From Candidatus Hydrogenedentota bacterium (GTDB lineage Bacteria > Hydrogenedentota > Hydrogenedentia > Hydrogenedentales > SLHB01): a stretch of DNA of 64,000 nucleotides. The position numbers and the translations under genes are program-made. Of this stretch, positions 51,746-62,835 are shown in pieces. The notes under the pieces were generated by a model, which worked only from the letters and a program-made list of their open reading frames with translations, made no database searches and had not been told where the DNA came from. The stretch lies in NCBI GenBank assembly GCA_045863295.1, contig BTWA01000003.1:160001-224000 (forward strand), in the 5' to 3' direction. Positions within the stretch are counted from its first letter, which is position 1, and each line of letters starts with the position of its first letter.

Positions 51746-52312
51746 TTACGCGCTTGGCTCTTCTTTTTTGGCAGGCTTGTACTTTTCAATGGCTTCGTCC
51801 AGACCGGTCATCGGATGACCGTGCCAGACGATTGACCCTTCGTGATCCACAATGAAGGCATGCGGTATCCCGCCCTGCCCGAATGCCTTCATGTAATTCG
51901 CCGTCGACTTGCCGTCCTTGTCATATGCCACGGCATAGGACATGCCATCGCCTTGCTGCTTTACATAGTCCTTCACCGTCGCCGCATCTTCGTCGAGCGA
52001 AATACCGATGATCTTCACTCCTTGGTCCTTGTACTTGTCATACAACTCGTCCAAGTGGGGAATGCTCGCCCGGCACGGCCCGCACCACGTCGCCCAAAAC
52101 TCAACCACGGTAATATATTTGCCCTCGGATTTGGTCGGGCAGAAGGCATCGCCCTGCACCCATTCCATCTCGCCAAACGGCTTTGCCTTGTCGCCCAGCT
52201 TGGCCTTCTCGACCTTGCCTTCTTCTTGAGCCGACACCGCAGACACAATGCCCGCAATCGACAACACGCCGCCCAACGCAATTAGAATCAATCGCTTATG
52301 CATCTTGTTCAT
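51746..52312 (-). CDS. TlpA-family thiol-disulfide oxidoreductase
   Basis: EFWATWCGPC, GIPHAFIVD; signal peptide. Confidence 0.92.
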   Translation of the reverse strand: MNKMHKRLILIALGGVLSIAGIVSAVSAQEEGKVEKAKLGDKAKPFGEMEWVQGDAFCPTKSEGKYITVVEFWATWCGPCRASIPHLDELYDKYKDQGVKIIGISLDEDAATVKDYVKQQGDGMSYAVAYDKDGKSTANYMKAFGQGGIPHAFIVDHEGSIVWHGHPMTGLDEAIEKYKPAKKEEPSA

Positions 52313-52524
52313 GGGGTATTCCTTTTGGGTAAACGATAAGCCCGCGTCGAAAGTAACACGGCCGGCGATCCGGAAAGTCCCGGCCGCGACTCAAAATAGG
52401 ACACGCCAACACCTTCACACACACAGTTATATTCAGCAACGTCTCGCAAAATGTCAACAGAGGTTGTCTCTGGTATGATGTGCCTCGTTCAGTCAGCGAT
52501 TCCGTACGAAAGGGGGAACAGAGT

Positions 52525-53280
52525 ATGCGCTGGATTCCGGTCTGTGTCATGGCATGGCTGCTGGGACAACCTTCACAACCGGCGGATCTGTCAATACTCG
52601 ATCAGGCAGACCCCGGCAAGATCCGCGTGTTGATTATCACCGGCGGTCACGACTTCGAACGCGACGCATTTTTCGACATGTTCAATGCAAACGAGGAAAT
52701 CGTCTGGGTCGAAGCCATACACCCGGAAGCCAACGTGCTCTATACCCCGGAGGCCTCGGCCCGCTTTGACGTCATTGTGCTCTACGACATGGTGCAGGCA
52801 ATTGGCGACGAACAAAAAGCGAACCTGGTCCGGTTGCTCAAAGACGACGGAAAGGGCCTGGTGGCATTGCATCATTCCATCGCAAACTACCAGGACTGGC
52901 CCGAATACGCTGCTATCGTGGGCGGCCGCTACTTCCTGGAAGATCGAACCGTCGATGGCGTCGCCTACAAGAAGTCCACGTGGGATCACGATCAACATTT
53001 CCGCGTCACCGTCGCGGATCCCGCGCACCCCATTGCCAAAGGCGTTTCCGATTTCGACATCGAGGACGAAACCTACAACCTCTTCTTCCCTGTACCCGAA
53101 GCCACACCGCTGCTCACGGTTGATCACCCGTTGAGCGCGAAGGTCATCGGTTGGACCCATACCTACGGCAAAGCCCGTTGCGCCTACATCCAACTCGGCC
53201 ATGGGCCCACCGCATACGCGAACCCCAATTTTCGCGCGCTCGTCGGCAACGCCATACGCTGGGCAAGCGCAAAAGACTAG
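52525..53280 (+). CDS. ThuA-like domain protein
   Basis: VLIITGGH, GLVALHHS, HPI, DETY, YGKAR..QLGH. Confidence 0.85.
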   Translation: MRWIPVCVMAWLLGQPSQPADLSILDQADPGKIRVLIITGGHDFERDAFFDMFNANEEIVWVEAIHPEANVLYTPEASARFDVIVLYDMVQAIGDEQKANLVRLLKDDGKGLVALHHSIANYQDWPEYAAIVGGRYFLEDRTVDGVAYKKSTWDHDQHFRVTVADPAHPIAKGVSDFDIEDETYNLFFPVPEATPLLTVDHPLSAKVIGWTHTYGKARCAYIQLGHGPTAYANPNFRALVGNAIRWASAKD

Positions 53281-53283
53281 CCG

Positions 53284-55308
53284 TTACTTCACCCCCTCCG
53301 TCATGCCCGGCCAAGTATCTGTGCGGAACGGAGACGCCGGCAATCCCTCTGCATTAAACAGATTGCAGTCCGGATTCGCGGCCCACGCGTAACGCACGGC
53401 AGCCGGTTCCGCAACAGAATCGCTCCAAACCACCACGCTGTCGCCTTCGATGAGCGCGTTGGCCCAAACGAATTTCTTGTCCGCGCCCGCAATGCTAAAT
53501 CCGGTTAAAGAATCGCCCTTGGCGACAAGGCCGCCGCCTACGTGATCGAATTTCACGCGCACCTTGTTGCCCTCAATCGCGCTCTCGCGATACATCGGGC
53601 CGGAATAAATCAGATCCTCGCCATAGGCCACCTTGCGCGCCGCCAACGCCAGCCGCTTCCCCACGTCCTGCTTGTTCAACGGATGAATGTTCGCCGCATC
53701 GCCAATGTCAATGGTCACCGCCATGCCTGTATTCGGCTCGCGCAACGTCATCACTTGCGCTTCGCGCAATTCGGCCCACGCGTCCTCCGCCGGTTCGGGT
53801 TTGCGCTCGGTAAACGCAGCCAACTGCACAATCAAGAATGGGAAATCGCCCTGCCCCCAGCGCGCGCGCCAGTCGCGAATCATCAGGGGAAACAACGTTT
53901 GATATTGTTTCGCGCGGCCCGCGTTGCTCTCGCCCTGATACCAGATTGCTCCCTTCAATGTGTAGGGCGCAACCGCCGCGATCATGCCGTTATACAACAC
54001 GCCCGGCAGCCGGAAATTTTGCGCATTCAACTCCGGCGCCTGCGGACGCGGCTCGATCGAACTCAATTCCAACCCCGGCTTGCATTGCCACGGACCCGCC
54101 AGGCTGATGGGCATCGAGATCTCGTCCATCTTCAACCACATGTCCGTCGCTACGCCGCAAATGCCGCCGTTGTTCCCCATGTCATATACGCGCACCGCAA
54201 TTACGTTGCGCCCCGGCTTCACCACGGTTCCCGGCACGTCGTACACACGCGGCGCCGTCCAGCCGTCCGGCCTCTCGAATACGCCCACGAGTTCGCCGTT
54301 GAACCAGACGCGATCCATTTCATTGATCGTACCCAAGCCCACCTTCAACGGCTTGCCAGCCCATGAAGCCGGCACATCCACCACCTTGCGAAACCACATG
54401 AACCCGTCGAGATTGGGATACCCCGCCGTCTCCCAGTGGCACGGCAAATCCATCGGCGACCAATCGGCCGTGTCGAGCGTTTCCGCCGCCCACGCCGGTT
54501 TGCCGTCCACATAGCCCGCATCGTGGCTGTCCAACGACGCATACCAGTTTGTGATGCGCTCTTCGTATGCCTTCTGCTCCTGATCCGCGTTCGCGATGCG
54601 CGCGTCAAACGTCCGCATATACTCGGCGTAATCGGGGTGGGTCGCGATCGCCTCCTCGCTGACCCACGCTTCCGCCGGCGAAGCGCCTTTCGACGCATTA
54701 ATCAACCCGATCGGTACATCCAGATGCTCGTGCAATGCACGCCCAAAGAAATACCCCACCGCGGAAAACGGCAAGATGGTCTCCGGCGTGCACTCAACCC
54801 ATTCGCCTTTCGCCAATTCCGGCAACGGCTCAAAGCTTGTCCTGTACGGCGTCTGAAACAACCGGATGTTCGGGTACTTCGCCGCCGCCACTTCCGTTTC
54901 CGCGTTCAACACTCCCAGCGGACCCGGCCGCATGTTCATTTCCATGTTCGACTGCCCGGAACAGATCCACACATCACCCACAAGGACATTCTTGAACGTG
55001 GCCGTCTGCCCGCTCGTCACCGTCATCGTGTGCGGTCCGCCCGCCGGCATCGGCGCAAGTTCCGTAGACCACGATCCGTCGGCGTCCGCGTGCAACGTCA
55101 TTTCCTGCCCGTCCAGCGCCACCACCACTTTTGCCCCCGGCGTCGCCCACCCCCACACCTTGATCGGCATGTCCCGTTGCAAAACCATGTTGTCGGAAAA
55201 AACGCGCGGCATCCGGAGTTCGCCCGCAGCCGGCTCGCCCCCGTGCTGGCACCCAACGAACCCCAGACATACCATCAAAACAATGCTGACCGCCGATGAT
55301 CGATTCAT
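53284..55308 (-). CDS. Sialate O-acetylesterase family protein
   Basis: DNMVLQR, CSGQSNM, WYQGESN, IHPLNKQDVGKRL, VRYAW. Confidence 0.92.
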   Translation of the reverse strand: MNRSSAVSIVLMVCLGFVGCQHGGEPAAGELRMPRVFSDNMVLQRDMPIKVWGWATPGAKVVVALDGQEMTLHADADGSWSTELAPMPAGGPHTMTVTSGQTATFKNVLVGDVWICSGQSNMEMNMRPGPLGVLNAETEVAAAKYPNIRLFQTPYRTSFEPLPELAKGEWVECTPETILPFSAVGYFFGRALHEHLDVPIGLINASKGASPAEAWVSEEAIATHPDYAEYMRTFDARIANADQEQKAYEERITNWYASLDSHDAGYVDGKPAWAAETLDTADWSPMDLPCHWETAGYPNLDGFMWFRKVVDVPASWAGKPLKVGLGTINEMDRVWFNGELVGVFERPDGWTAPRVYDVPGTVVKPGRNVIAVRVYDMGNNGGICGVATDMWLKMDEISMPISLAGPWQCKPGLELSSIEPRPQAPELNAQNFRLPGVLYNGMIAAVAPYTLKGAIWYQGESNAGRAKQYQTLFPLMIRDWRARWGQGDFPFLIVQLAAFTERKPEPAEDAWAELREAQVMTLREPNTGMAVTIDIGDAANIHPLNKQDVGKRLALAARKVAYGEDLIYSGPMYRESAIEGNKVRVKFDHVGGGLVAKGDSLTGFSIAGADKKFVWANALIEGDSVVVWSDSVAEPAAVRYAWAANPDCNLFNAEGLPASPFRTDTWPGMTEGVK

Positions 55309-55419
55309 GATTCCACCCCCAACTGCATATACGCGGTTCAATAAACCACATGATAGTTGACGCAACCCAATGCGACAAGATTATTGGACAAAGCTCCAAC
55401 GTACTTTGGCCTGCCATTC

Positions 55420-55635
55420 TGGACTGCTGAAGCTTGCTTCAGCCTTGCCTGAGGGAGCTTGCTCCCGCGCGCATACCAAATACCGCACGTCAGAAAGGCC
55501 CCAAGCCGACAGTGCGCACACGCGTCGACCGACGCTGTAACCCACAGCCCAAGGCGTGCACGGAATGCGACGCCAGCAAGCTGGCTTATCCAAAGCGGAA
55601 GCAAGCTTCCGCACTCCACGGAGCTTGCTCCCGCG
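55420..55635. repeat. REP cluster with AGC(TT/AA)GCT-core palindromes
   Basis: GCTGAAGCTTGCTTCAGC, GGGAGCTTGCTCCC, GCCAGCAAGCTGGC, GCGGAAGCAAGCTTCCGCACTCCA, GGAGCTTGCTCC. Confidence 0.82.
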
Positions 55636-55700
55636 TGCTCACCAAAGGCAGCCACGTTCGCGAAAATGCATCGGGCCAAAAACGCGCACGCGCCCCTTGC

Positions 55701-57161
55701 TCACTTTCCCTCCGCCGCCCACGCTTTCATCTGGGCAATGTTGCGTTCCAACACTGCCAGGTATTCCGCCTGTTTCTTCTGCGAGTCCTTGTACACCGCC
55801 ATGTCGGCATCGTATACCGCTTCGCTTTCCGCCGTCTGTCCGCGATCGTTGGTTTCCGCAATCCACGTGTCCAGAATCGTGCGCAATGCCAACAGTGTAT
55901 CCGCATGTTCAGAATTACCGGCGAGATTGTCCAACTCCCAGGGATCGGCTTCCCGATCGTACAATTCCTCTTCAGGGCGCGGCACTTGAAACAATCGTTC
56001 CGAAGGATGTCCCGCCAGCACGCCTTCCGCATGCAATTCCCGCAACCGGATCAGGATCGCCTTCGCATCCTTATACGCGTTTGGCTGCAAATGCGGTCGC
56101 CCCGGATAAAAGTTCCTGATGTATGTAAATCGCCCTTTCCGCACGCTGCGAATTCGCTCCACGGTCTCGTCGCACCGGTCCCGCGCCGAAATTACATACT
56201 CCCGCGCGCGCGCTTCCGGACCAAACAACGGACGGCTCTCCATGGACTGCGGAATCGGTATGCCCGCGAAATACATCGAGGTCGCCGCCATGTCGATATG
56301 TGCCACAAACTCGTCGCGCACCTCGCCCGAGGGAACCCGCCCCGGCCCCCACACCACAAACGGAATTCGCGCCCCCTCTTCATACAAGAACTGTTTGCCG
56401 CGCGCATGGCTGATACCGTGATCGGTAATGAATATCACTATGGTGTTCGCCGCATGACCCGATGCCTCAAGCCCCTGCAGGATCGCGCCCACTTCCGAAT
56501 CCACCTGTTGCACGGCATTCAAATACTCTGCCCAATCCTGTCGCATCACGGGATCGTCGGGGTAATACGGCGGCAGCACCACCGTTGCCGGCTCCACCGG
56601 ATGCTCCGGCTTCGCCGCGCGAAATTTGCCTCCGCGCAACTGAAACTGTGCGAAGAACGGTTGCCCCGGCGCGGCCCCCGCGTAATGCGTCCCATCGTAC
56701 AAATCATCGGGATACGTGAAATTGTAATCCGTCTTGCCCGCACCCTTGCCGTCCGGCCCGCTCCCATTGCACACGTAATACCCGGCATCCTTGAAATACG
56801 CCGGCACAGTGCGGACCGGCGCAGGCAAATCGTGCGTGATCGCTCCGCGAAAACTCCGGTGGTTGTGCGCCCCAATCGATGTCTGATACATCCCCGTGAT
56901 CATCGCCGAACGGCTCGGCGAGCACACCGGACACGTCGTGTACGCCGCGCGGAACGCCGTCCCCTCCCGCGCCAACCGATCCACGTGCGGCGTTTGGATC
57001 AACGTCTCCCCCTGATACCCAAAGTGGCAGGACATGTCCTCCGCCACGATCCAGACGATATTCGGCCGTGCATTCTCCTCCGCGACGCCCCGCGCCCCCG
57101 CCAGCATCAGCGAAACCGCGCCCGCCCCGCCCGCCTTCAAAAATGCCCGTCTGCGCATCAT
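55701..57161 (-). CDS. Formylglycine-dependent sulfatase, Tat-exported
   Basis: [23 protein letters not shown] (CxPxR); TDHG; EELYD..DPWE. Confidence 0.93.
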   Translation of the reverse strand: MMRRRAFLKAGGAGAVSLMLAGARGVAEENARPNIVWIVAEDMSCHFGYQGETLIQTPHVDRLAREGTAFRAAYTTCPVCSPSRSAMITGMYQTSIGAHNHRSFRGAITHDLPAPVRTVPAYFKDAGYYVCNGSGPDGKGAGKTDYNFTYPDDLYDGTHYAGAAPGQPFFAQFQLRGGKFRAAKPEHPVEPATVVLPPYYPDDPVMRQDWAEYLNAVQQVDSEVGAILQGLEASGHAANTIVIFITDHGISHARGKQFLYEEGARIPFVVWGPGRVPSGEVRDEFVAHIDMAATSMYFAGIPIPQSMESRPLFGPEARAREYVISARDRCDETVERIRSVRKGRFTYIRNFYPGRPHLQPNAYKDAKAILIRLRELHAEGVLAGHPSERLFQVPRPEEELYDREADPWELDNLAGNSEHADTLLALRTILDTWIAETNDRGQTAESEAVYDADMAVYKDSQKKQAEYLAVLERNIAQMKAWAAEGK

Positions 57162-57378
57162 CGATAACGCTCCCTCGCAATAAGGCCCCATCCCGCTGGA
57201 ATGTGACTCAACATCCCTTACTAAACCCAGTCCAATCGCGTGAACCAACGATACTGCACCCCAACCGCAATACCAAAACCGCGGCCGGACCTCCGGTTGC
57301 CCCGGTCCCCGGTTTTCCCTATGATGTCCTGCTTACCGGTTTGGCTGTGGATCGGGCAAAATCAACACCAGGGGAATC

Positions 57379-60300
57379 ATGGGCATGGGCAAGGGATTGT
57401 TTCGTCTTGGGTGGGTGTGGATGCTGGCGGTGTGCGCCCTGGGCGCGAACGCCGCGGATGAAGGTTACACGCCGCTGTTCAACGGCAAGGACCTGACCGG
57501 CTGGTCGGGGGACCCGAAATTGTGGTCTGTGAAGGACGGCGCCATTGTCGGTTCCACTGACGGCGTCAAGATAGAACACAACACGTTTCTGTCCCACGAG
57601 AAGAAGTTTGCCGACTTCATCCTGCGTGCGAAAGTGAAGCTGCGCAATCACAACAGCGGAATCCAGTTCCGCAGCGAGCAGCACCCGGACTACGTCGTGG
57701 CGGGATATCAGGCCGACGTGGCGGAACAGACCTATTTCGGCCTGCTCTACGAGGAAAAGAAGCGGGGCATCCTCCCCTACTGGAACGAGAAGACGCAGGA
57801 AGAGCGCGACGCCATCCAGGCCCTCGTCCACAAGGGCGATTGGAACGACTACGAGATCCGGTGCGAAGGCGATCACGTCGTCATGACGCTGAACGGCACC
57901 GTGGTCTGCGATCTCATCGACCCCGAAGGTGCGAAGGAAGGCATCATCGCGCTGCAACTGCACGCCGGCCCGGAAATGCAGGTGGCCTACAAGGACATCG
58001 AAATCATGGAATTGCCCAAAAAGGACAACGCCCTCGTCCTCCCCGATTTCGACGCCACCCGATCGGAACGCCTTGAAGTGGCGGGCGCGAAGATTCGCGT
58101 GCCTCAGGGGTTTTCCGTGGAAGAAGTCGCCACCCATGAGTTGATTGGTTCGGTTATCAACATGACGTTTGATCACCTCGGCCGCCCGGTGGTCGCGGCG
58201 GAAGGCCAGGGCATCCGCATTTTGCTGGACGAAAACAACGACGGCGTGTATGACGCCCAGAAAAGCTTCACCGAACGGGTATCCACCGCGATGGGGCTCT
58301 GCTTCATCGCCCCGGGCGATCTGCTCGTGCAGGCGCGCATCGCGAAAGGCGATCCGCTCGTCGCCACGATGGGCGGCGAGGAAGTCTCCGGCTTGTACCG
58401 GCTGCGAGATACAAACGGCGACGATGAGGCCGACGAAGTAACGTTGCTCGTACCCTCGAACGGCGGCATGGGTGAACATGGCCCGCACGCCATCAACATC
58501 GGCCCCGACGGCTCCTATTACATCATCTACGGCAACCACGCGCATCCCGCCAAGGAACTCGACCCGGAATCCCCGCTGCGCAACACCCAGGAAGACCACC
58601 TGTTGCCGCTGTACGTCGATCCGCGCGGACACGCCACCACCATCAAGGCCCCAGGCGGCACCATTCATCGCCTCTCGCCCGATTTCAAATCGATGAGCCA
58701 GCTGCTCGGCGGGTTCCGCAATGCCTACGACTTCTCCATGGACGCCATGGGCGAAATGTTCACCTTTGATTCCGATATGGAATGGGATATTGGACAGCCG
58801 TGGTTCCGCCCTGTTCGTGTCATTCACGCCGTACCCTCGGCGGACTACGGCTGGCGCACCGGCTCCAGCAAAATGCCGCCCTACTACATCGACACCCTGC
58901 CCGCCATGGACGACGTCGGTCGAGGGTCGCCCGTGGGCACGGTCATCTACGACCACCACGTATACCCCGGAGCCTTCCGGGGTGCTTTTTTTATGGGCGA
59001 CTGGTCGCGCGGCCGCATCCGCGTGGTCTTCCCTAAACGCGCCGGCGCCACGTATGAAGGCAAGGCGCAGGATTTCGTGTTGGGAGAACCGCTCAACGTG
59101 ACCGACGTGGATGTCGCGCCCGACGGCTTCTTGTATTACACGGTCGGCGGACGCCAAACCCACGGCGGGCTGTTCCGCGTGCGGTACAACGGCGCGGCCA
59201 CCGGTCTGCACGGCGCCGGCGTCTCGCAGCCCATGCCACGCTCGGCGTGGGGCCGCTACGCCATCGAACAGGACAAGGCCAAGCAGGGCGACGCGTGGGG
59301 CGGTAATCTCGCGGCCTTCGCGAAAAATACGCAAACCGATGGCGCGTTGCGGGCACGCGCGCTGGAGTTGCTCCACGTGCACAACGCAGGCACGAAAGAA
59401 GACCGGATTGAATTACTGACCGCCGCAGCCGCCGATCCCTCGGCCGAGGTGCGTGCCATGGCCGTGTTTCTGCTCGGCGCGTACGATTCCGAAAGCGTCA
59501 AGCCCGCGTTGATTTCTGCGCTGAAGGATTCGGATCCGTTCGTGGCGCGACGGGCGTGCGACGCGATCATGCGCGTGGGCGCGGAAACGGGCGCCGTGGA
59601 CCCGCTGATGGCGCTGATGAATCACGAAGACCGCTTCCTACGGTACGCCGCGCGCCAGACGTTGGCCCGCGCACCGAGGGAAGCGTGGGCCAGCGCCGTG
59701 TTGAACGCCGCGGAACCGGACAAACAACAATTCCTGCTCGAAGGGCTGCTCGCGCTGATTCACACGGCGCAGACGCCCGCCGATTTCGACGCTATCTTCG
59801 CCAAATTGGAGTCGCTCGCGTCAACCACGATGAGCGATCCGGCCAGACTCGATTATTTGCGACTCATTCAACTCGCGTTCCTGCGCGATGCTTCGCAAGC
59901 CCCGCGCGATTCATTCAAGCAGGCCGTCGGCACGGCGCTGCTGGCTACGTTTCCTGCTTCAGGCGTGAACGTTAATCGCGAACTGCAGGTCGTGTTGGCC
60001 CACATGCAAACGCCCGGCGCGGCGGAAAAAATGCTCGCCTATCTCACACCGGACAAGTCGCAACAGGAACAGATTCACACCGTCTATTGCCTGCGCGCGA
60101 TTAAATCGGGGTGGACCCGCGAACAGCGCGATCAACTCGTCGCCTGGTTCGATCGCGGCCGCACCATGACTGGCGGCGCGAGCTTCGAAGGCTTCATCAA
60201 CAACCTTTGGAATTCCTCCCTGGAACTCCTCCCGGAAGACGAAAAACAACTCGCGGAAGCGCGCAAGGCCGAAGCCCTGCAAAAACAGGCCGAAGCGAAC

Positions 60301-60858
60301 ATCGCGCTGATGGCCGCCCTCGAAAACGAAGCCCCGGCCGGCCGAACCGACCTCGCGCAAATGAGCTACGACGAAATGGCGGAGTACCTCGAGTACGATC
60401 CCATGGCCTATAGAAATCCCAATCTGGAAAAAGGCCAGCGCGTGTTCATGCGGGCCCGTTGCATGAACTGCCACGTGTTCGGGACCATCGGCAAAGGCGG
60501 CGGCCCCGATCTCTCCACGGTCGTGAGCCGTTTCCGCCGCCGCGACATCCTCGAAGCCATCATGTATCCGTCCAAGGTCGTCTCGGATCAATACACGGGC
60601 GTGGAATTGGATCTCGACGATTTCTCCACGGTCACCGGTATGGTGCTCACGGAAAATGACGATACTCTTACGGTGATTACGGTGGACGGCGTGCGGCAGG
60701 ACATCCCCAAGAAAAGCATCGCCGAACGGCGCGCCGCTACGCAATCCGTCATGCCCGAAGGATTGCTCAACACCATGAGCATGGACGACCTCGTGTCGCT
60801 CGTGAATTTCCTGGAAAAAGGCGCTGACATGCCGCCGGCCCAAACCGCCGCAAAATAA
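57379..60858 (+). CDS. DUF1080 + PVC-type dehydrogenase-like propeller + HEAT + c-type heme protein
   Basis: LFNGKDLTGW..NSGIQFRS; GEHGPHA, GFRNAYD, DSDMEWD; HEAT repeats; CMNCH..GPDLS. Confidence 0.9.
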   Translation: MGMGKGLFRLGWVWMLAVCALGANAADEGYTPLFNGKDLTGWSGDPKLWSVKDGAIVGSTDGVKIEHNTFLSHEKKFADFILRAKVKLRNHNSGIQFRSEQHPDYVVAGYQADVAEQTYFGLLYEEKKRGILPYWNEKTQEERDAIQALVHKGDWNDYEIRCEGDHVVMTLNGTVVCDLIDPEGAKEGIIALQLHAGPEMQVAYKDIEIMELPKKDNALVLPDFDATRSERLEVAGAKIRVPQGFSVEEVATHELIGSVINMTFDHLGRPVVAAEGQGIRILLDENNDGVYDAQKSFTERVSTAMGLCFIAPGDLLVQARIAKGDPLVATMGGEEVSGLYRLRDTNGDDEADEVTLLVPSNGGMGEHGPHAINIGPDGSYYIIYGNHAHPAKELDPESPLRNTQEDHLLPLYVDPRGHATTIKAPGGTIHRLSPDFKSMSQLLGGFRNAYDFSMDAMGEMFTFDSDMEWDIGQPWFRPVRVIHAVPSADYGWRTGSSKMPPYYIDTLPAMDDVGRGSPVGTVIYDHHVYPGAFRGAFFMGDWSRGRIRVVFPKRAGATYEGKAQDFVLGEPLNVTDVDVAPDGFLYYTVGGRQTHGGLFRVRYNGAATGLHGAGVSQPMPRSAWGRYAIEQDKAKQGDAWGGNLAAFAKNTQTDGALRARALELLHVHNAGTKEDRIELLTAAAADPSAEVRAMAVFLLGAYDSESVKPALISALKDSDPFVARRACDAIMRVGAETGAVDPLMALMNHEDRFLRYAARQTLARAPREAWASAVLNAAEPDKQQFLLEGLLALIHTAQTPADFDAIFAKLESLASTTMSDPARLDYLRLIQLAFLRDASQAPRDSFKQAVGTALLATFPASGVNVNRELQVVLAHMQTPGAAEKMLAYLTPDKSQQEQIHTVYCLRAIKSGWTREQRDQLVAWFDRGRTMTGGASFEGFINNLWNSSLELLPEDEKQLAEARKAEALQKQAEANIALMAALENEAPAGRTDLAQMSYDEMAEYLEYDPMAYRNPNLEKGQRVFMRARCMNCHVFGTIGKGGGPDLSTVVSRFRRRDILEAIMYPSKVVSDQYTGVELDLDDFSTVTGMVLTENDDTLTVITVDGVRQDIPKKSIAERRAATQSVMPEGLLNTMSMDDLVSLVNFLEKGADMPPAQTAAK

Positions 60859-60880
60859 ATGCGGCACAGTGCGGCACGCG

Positions 60881-61399
60881 TTAACGCGCGGCGGGTACGT
60901 CCGCGGGGATGGGCATGAGATCCTTCGCCATGCTGACTTCCAGCGTGGCGTAGCCGAGCTTGGCATACAACGCCAGCGCCGCCCGGTTGTAGCCGGATAC
61001 GTGAAACGCAACGCGATCGAGTCCCAGCTCGTGCGCGCGCGCCTCAAACGCCTGCAACGCGTGCGTGGCATAACTCTGCCGCCGGTACGGCTCGTAGATC
61101 AGCAGGTAATGAAGACGAGCCTCGGGCGTGGGTTTCATTTCCTGTGACTCGAACCAGATACCGCCAATCCGGGATCCGGTAATCTCGTCCAGCACGGAAA
61201 GGAGATGATGGTTTGGCGTGTCCAGCCCCATCGGAAGGAGATCGCGAAAACTCTGAACAGCCAGATAAACCGCTTCACACGGATGCCACAACCCCGCGCG
61301 CACCTTCTCGCGAGCATGAGAAGAAACGACTTGGTCGCGGAATTGAGCAAACTCCTCCTGAAGCATCGGCGCCAATTCGACCACGACGGATTCCTTCAC
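60881..61399 (-). CDS. GNAT family N-acetyltransferase (start uncertain)
   Basis: IYEPYRRQSYA, HVSGYNRAALALYAKLGY. Confidence 0.85.
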   Translation of the reverse strand: MKESVVVELAPMLQEEFAQFRDQVVSSHAREKVRAGLWHPCEAVYLAVQSFRDLLPMGLDTPNHHLLSVLDEITGSRIGGIWFESQEMKPTPEARLHYLLIYEPYRRQSYATHALQAFEARAHELGLDRVAFHVSGYNRAALALYAKLGYATLEVSMAKDLMPIPADVPAAR

Positions 61400-61619
61400 C
61401 AGAGCGCGACCGCGAGCCAACCACGGCGGCAAGACCGTGACCTCCCATCGCCCCGATTTCGGCGCGGTGAAAACAGAATCCTCGCCCCGAGGAGGTCTGG
61501 TTCACCGCAAACTGAGCAACCTTATCAATTATACCCATTTTCCACCCGAAATGCGCAATATATGAGCAATGCAGAAACAAAATTCTGCAAACCATTGAAT
61601 TTAAACCGGTTACAAACAA

Positions 61620-61647
61620 GGCGGGCCATCGCACGCGATGGCCCGCC
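61620..61647 (-). terminator. Rho-independent terminator after Gfo/Idh/MocA gene
   Basis: GGCGGGCCATC..GATGGCCCGCC stem followed by TTGTTTGT on the minus strand. Confidence 0.75.
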
Positions 61648-61679
61648 CAAAGATATCAACAGCAGATTGTTGACAAAAA

Positions 61680-62822
61680 CTACGCGTGAACCTTCTCCCA
61701 AGACCCCGTTTCAGCGGACTTCAACACCGCGTCGCACACATACTGCGTCTCCAACGCATCCCGGAACGTGGGAGACGTGGATTGACCCTTCGCGGCGTTC
61801 TCCAGAAAGTCCGCCACCTGATGCACAAAGGTATGTTCGTAACCGATTTGCAGCCCCGGTACCCACCACTTTCCCATATACGGGTGATCGCCATCGGTGA
61901 TGTGAATGGACCGCCAACCGCGGACCTTGGACTCGTCCCGGTGGTCGAACCAATTGAGCCGGTGCAGGTCGTGCAGGTCCCATTGAATGGAAGCATGTTC
62001 GCCGTTGATCTCGAACGTGTACAGCGCCTTGTGTCCCCGCGCATAGCGCGTCGATTCAAAGGTCGCCAACGAACCGTTCTTGAAGTGAGCCAGAAACGCG
62101 CATGCATCGTCGATCTTGACGGCCTGGCTTTTGCCGGTCGCGGTGTGAACCCGTTCCTTGATAAACGTTTCCGTCATGGCCGTCACGTCCGCCATGGATC
62201 CGTTCAGCCAGAGGGCCGTGTCGATGCAGTGCGCCAGCAAGTCGCCGGTTACGCCGCTGCCCGCGGCCGCCGCATCCAGACGCCACAGGCCTTGGCCGCC
62301 TTGCGGCAACTCGGCGGAAATGGTCCAGTCCTGCAGGAACACCGCGCGGTAGTGGAAGATGCGGCCAAGCCGGCCCTCGTCGATGAGTTGCTTGGCCATG
62401 GTGACAGCCGGTACGCGGCGGTAGTTGTACCACACCGTGTTGAGCACCCCGGCCTTCTCCACGGCGGCGCACATTGCCTCGCCTTCGGCAGCGTTCATGG
62501 CGAGCGGCTTTTCGCACAGGATCATCTTGCCCGCTTCGGCGGCGGCAATGGCAATTTCCTTGTGCAAGTTGTTGGGCACGCAGATATCAACCGCATCGAT
62601 ATCCTTGCGCGCAATCAATTTGCGCCAGTCGGTTTCCGTGGTTTCATAGCCCCACGTATCCGCGAATGCCTTGAGTTGTTCTTCATTGCGCGCGCAAGCC
62701 GCTTTCAAGACCGGCTGGTATTCCAGGTCAAAAAAGTTGCTCACCTTTCGAAAGCCGTTCGAATGCGCCCGGCCCATGAAGCCGTAGCCAATCATGCCGA
62801 TATTCAATTTCTTCTTCGCCAT
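61680..62822 (-). CDS. Gfo/Idh/MocA family oxidoreductase
   Basis: [30 protein letters not shown]. Confidence 0.93.
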   Translation of the reverse strand: MAKKKLNIGMIGYGFMGRAHSNGFRKVSNFFDLEYQPVLKAACARNEEQLKAFADTWGYETTETDWRKLIARKDIDAVDICVPNNLHKEIAIAAAEAGKMILCEKPLAMNAAEGEAMCAAVEKAGVLNTVWYNYRRVPAVTMAKQLIDEGRLGRIFHYRAVFLQDWTISAELPQGGQGLWRLDAAAAGSGVTGDLLAHCIDTALWLNGSMADVTAMTETFIKERVHTATGKSQAVKIDDACAFLAHFKNGSLATFESTRYARGHKALYTFEINGEHASIQWDLHDLHRLNWFDHRDESKVRGWRSIHITDGDHPYMGKWWVPGLQIGYEHTFVHQVADFLENAAKGQSTSPTFRDALETQYVCDAVLKSAETGSWEKVHA

Positions 62823-62835
62823 ATCCCCTCCTTAG

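Noticed and set aside
57319..59382. 687-aa antisense ORF (likewise 32367-33935, 55434-57167, 61686-62858, 48129-49334)
   Set aside because: Shadow ORFs opposite well-supported genes; expected from GC-rich codon bias; no recognisable motifs
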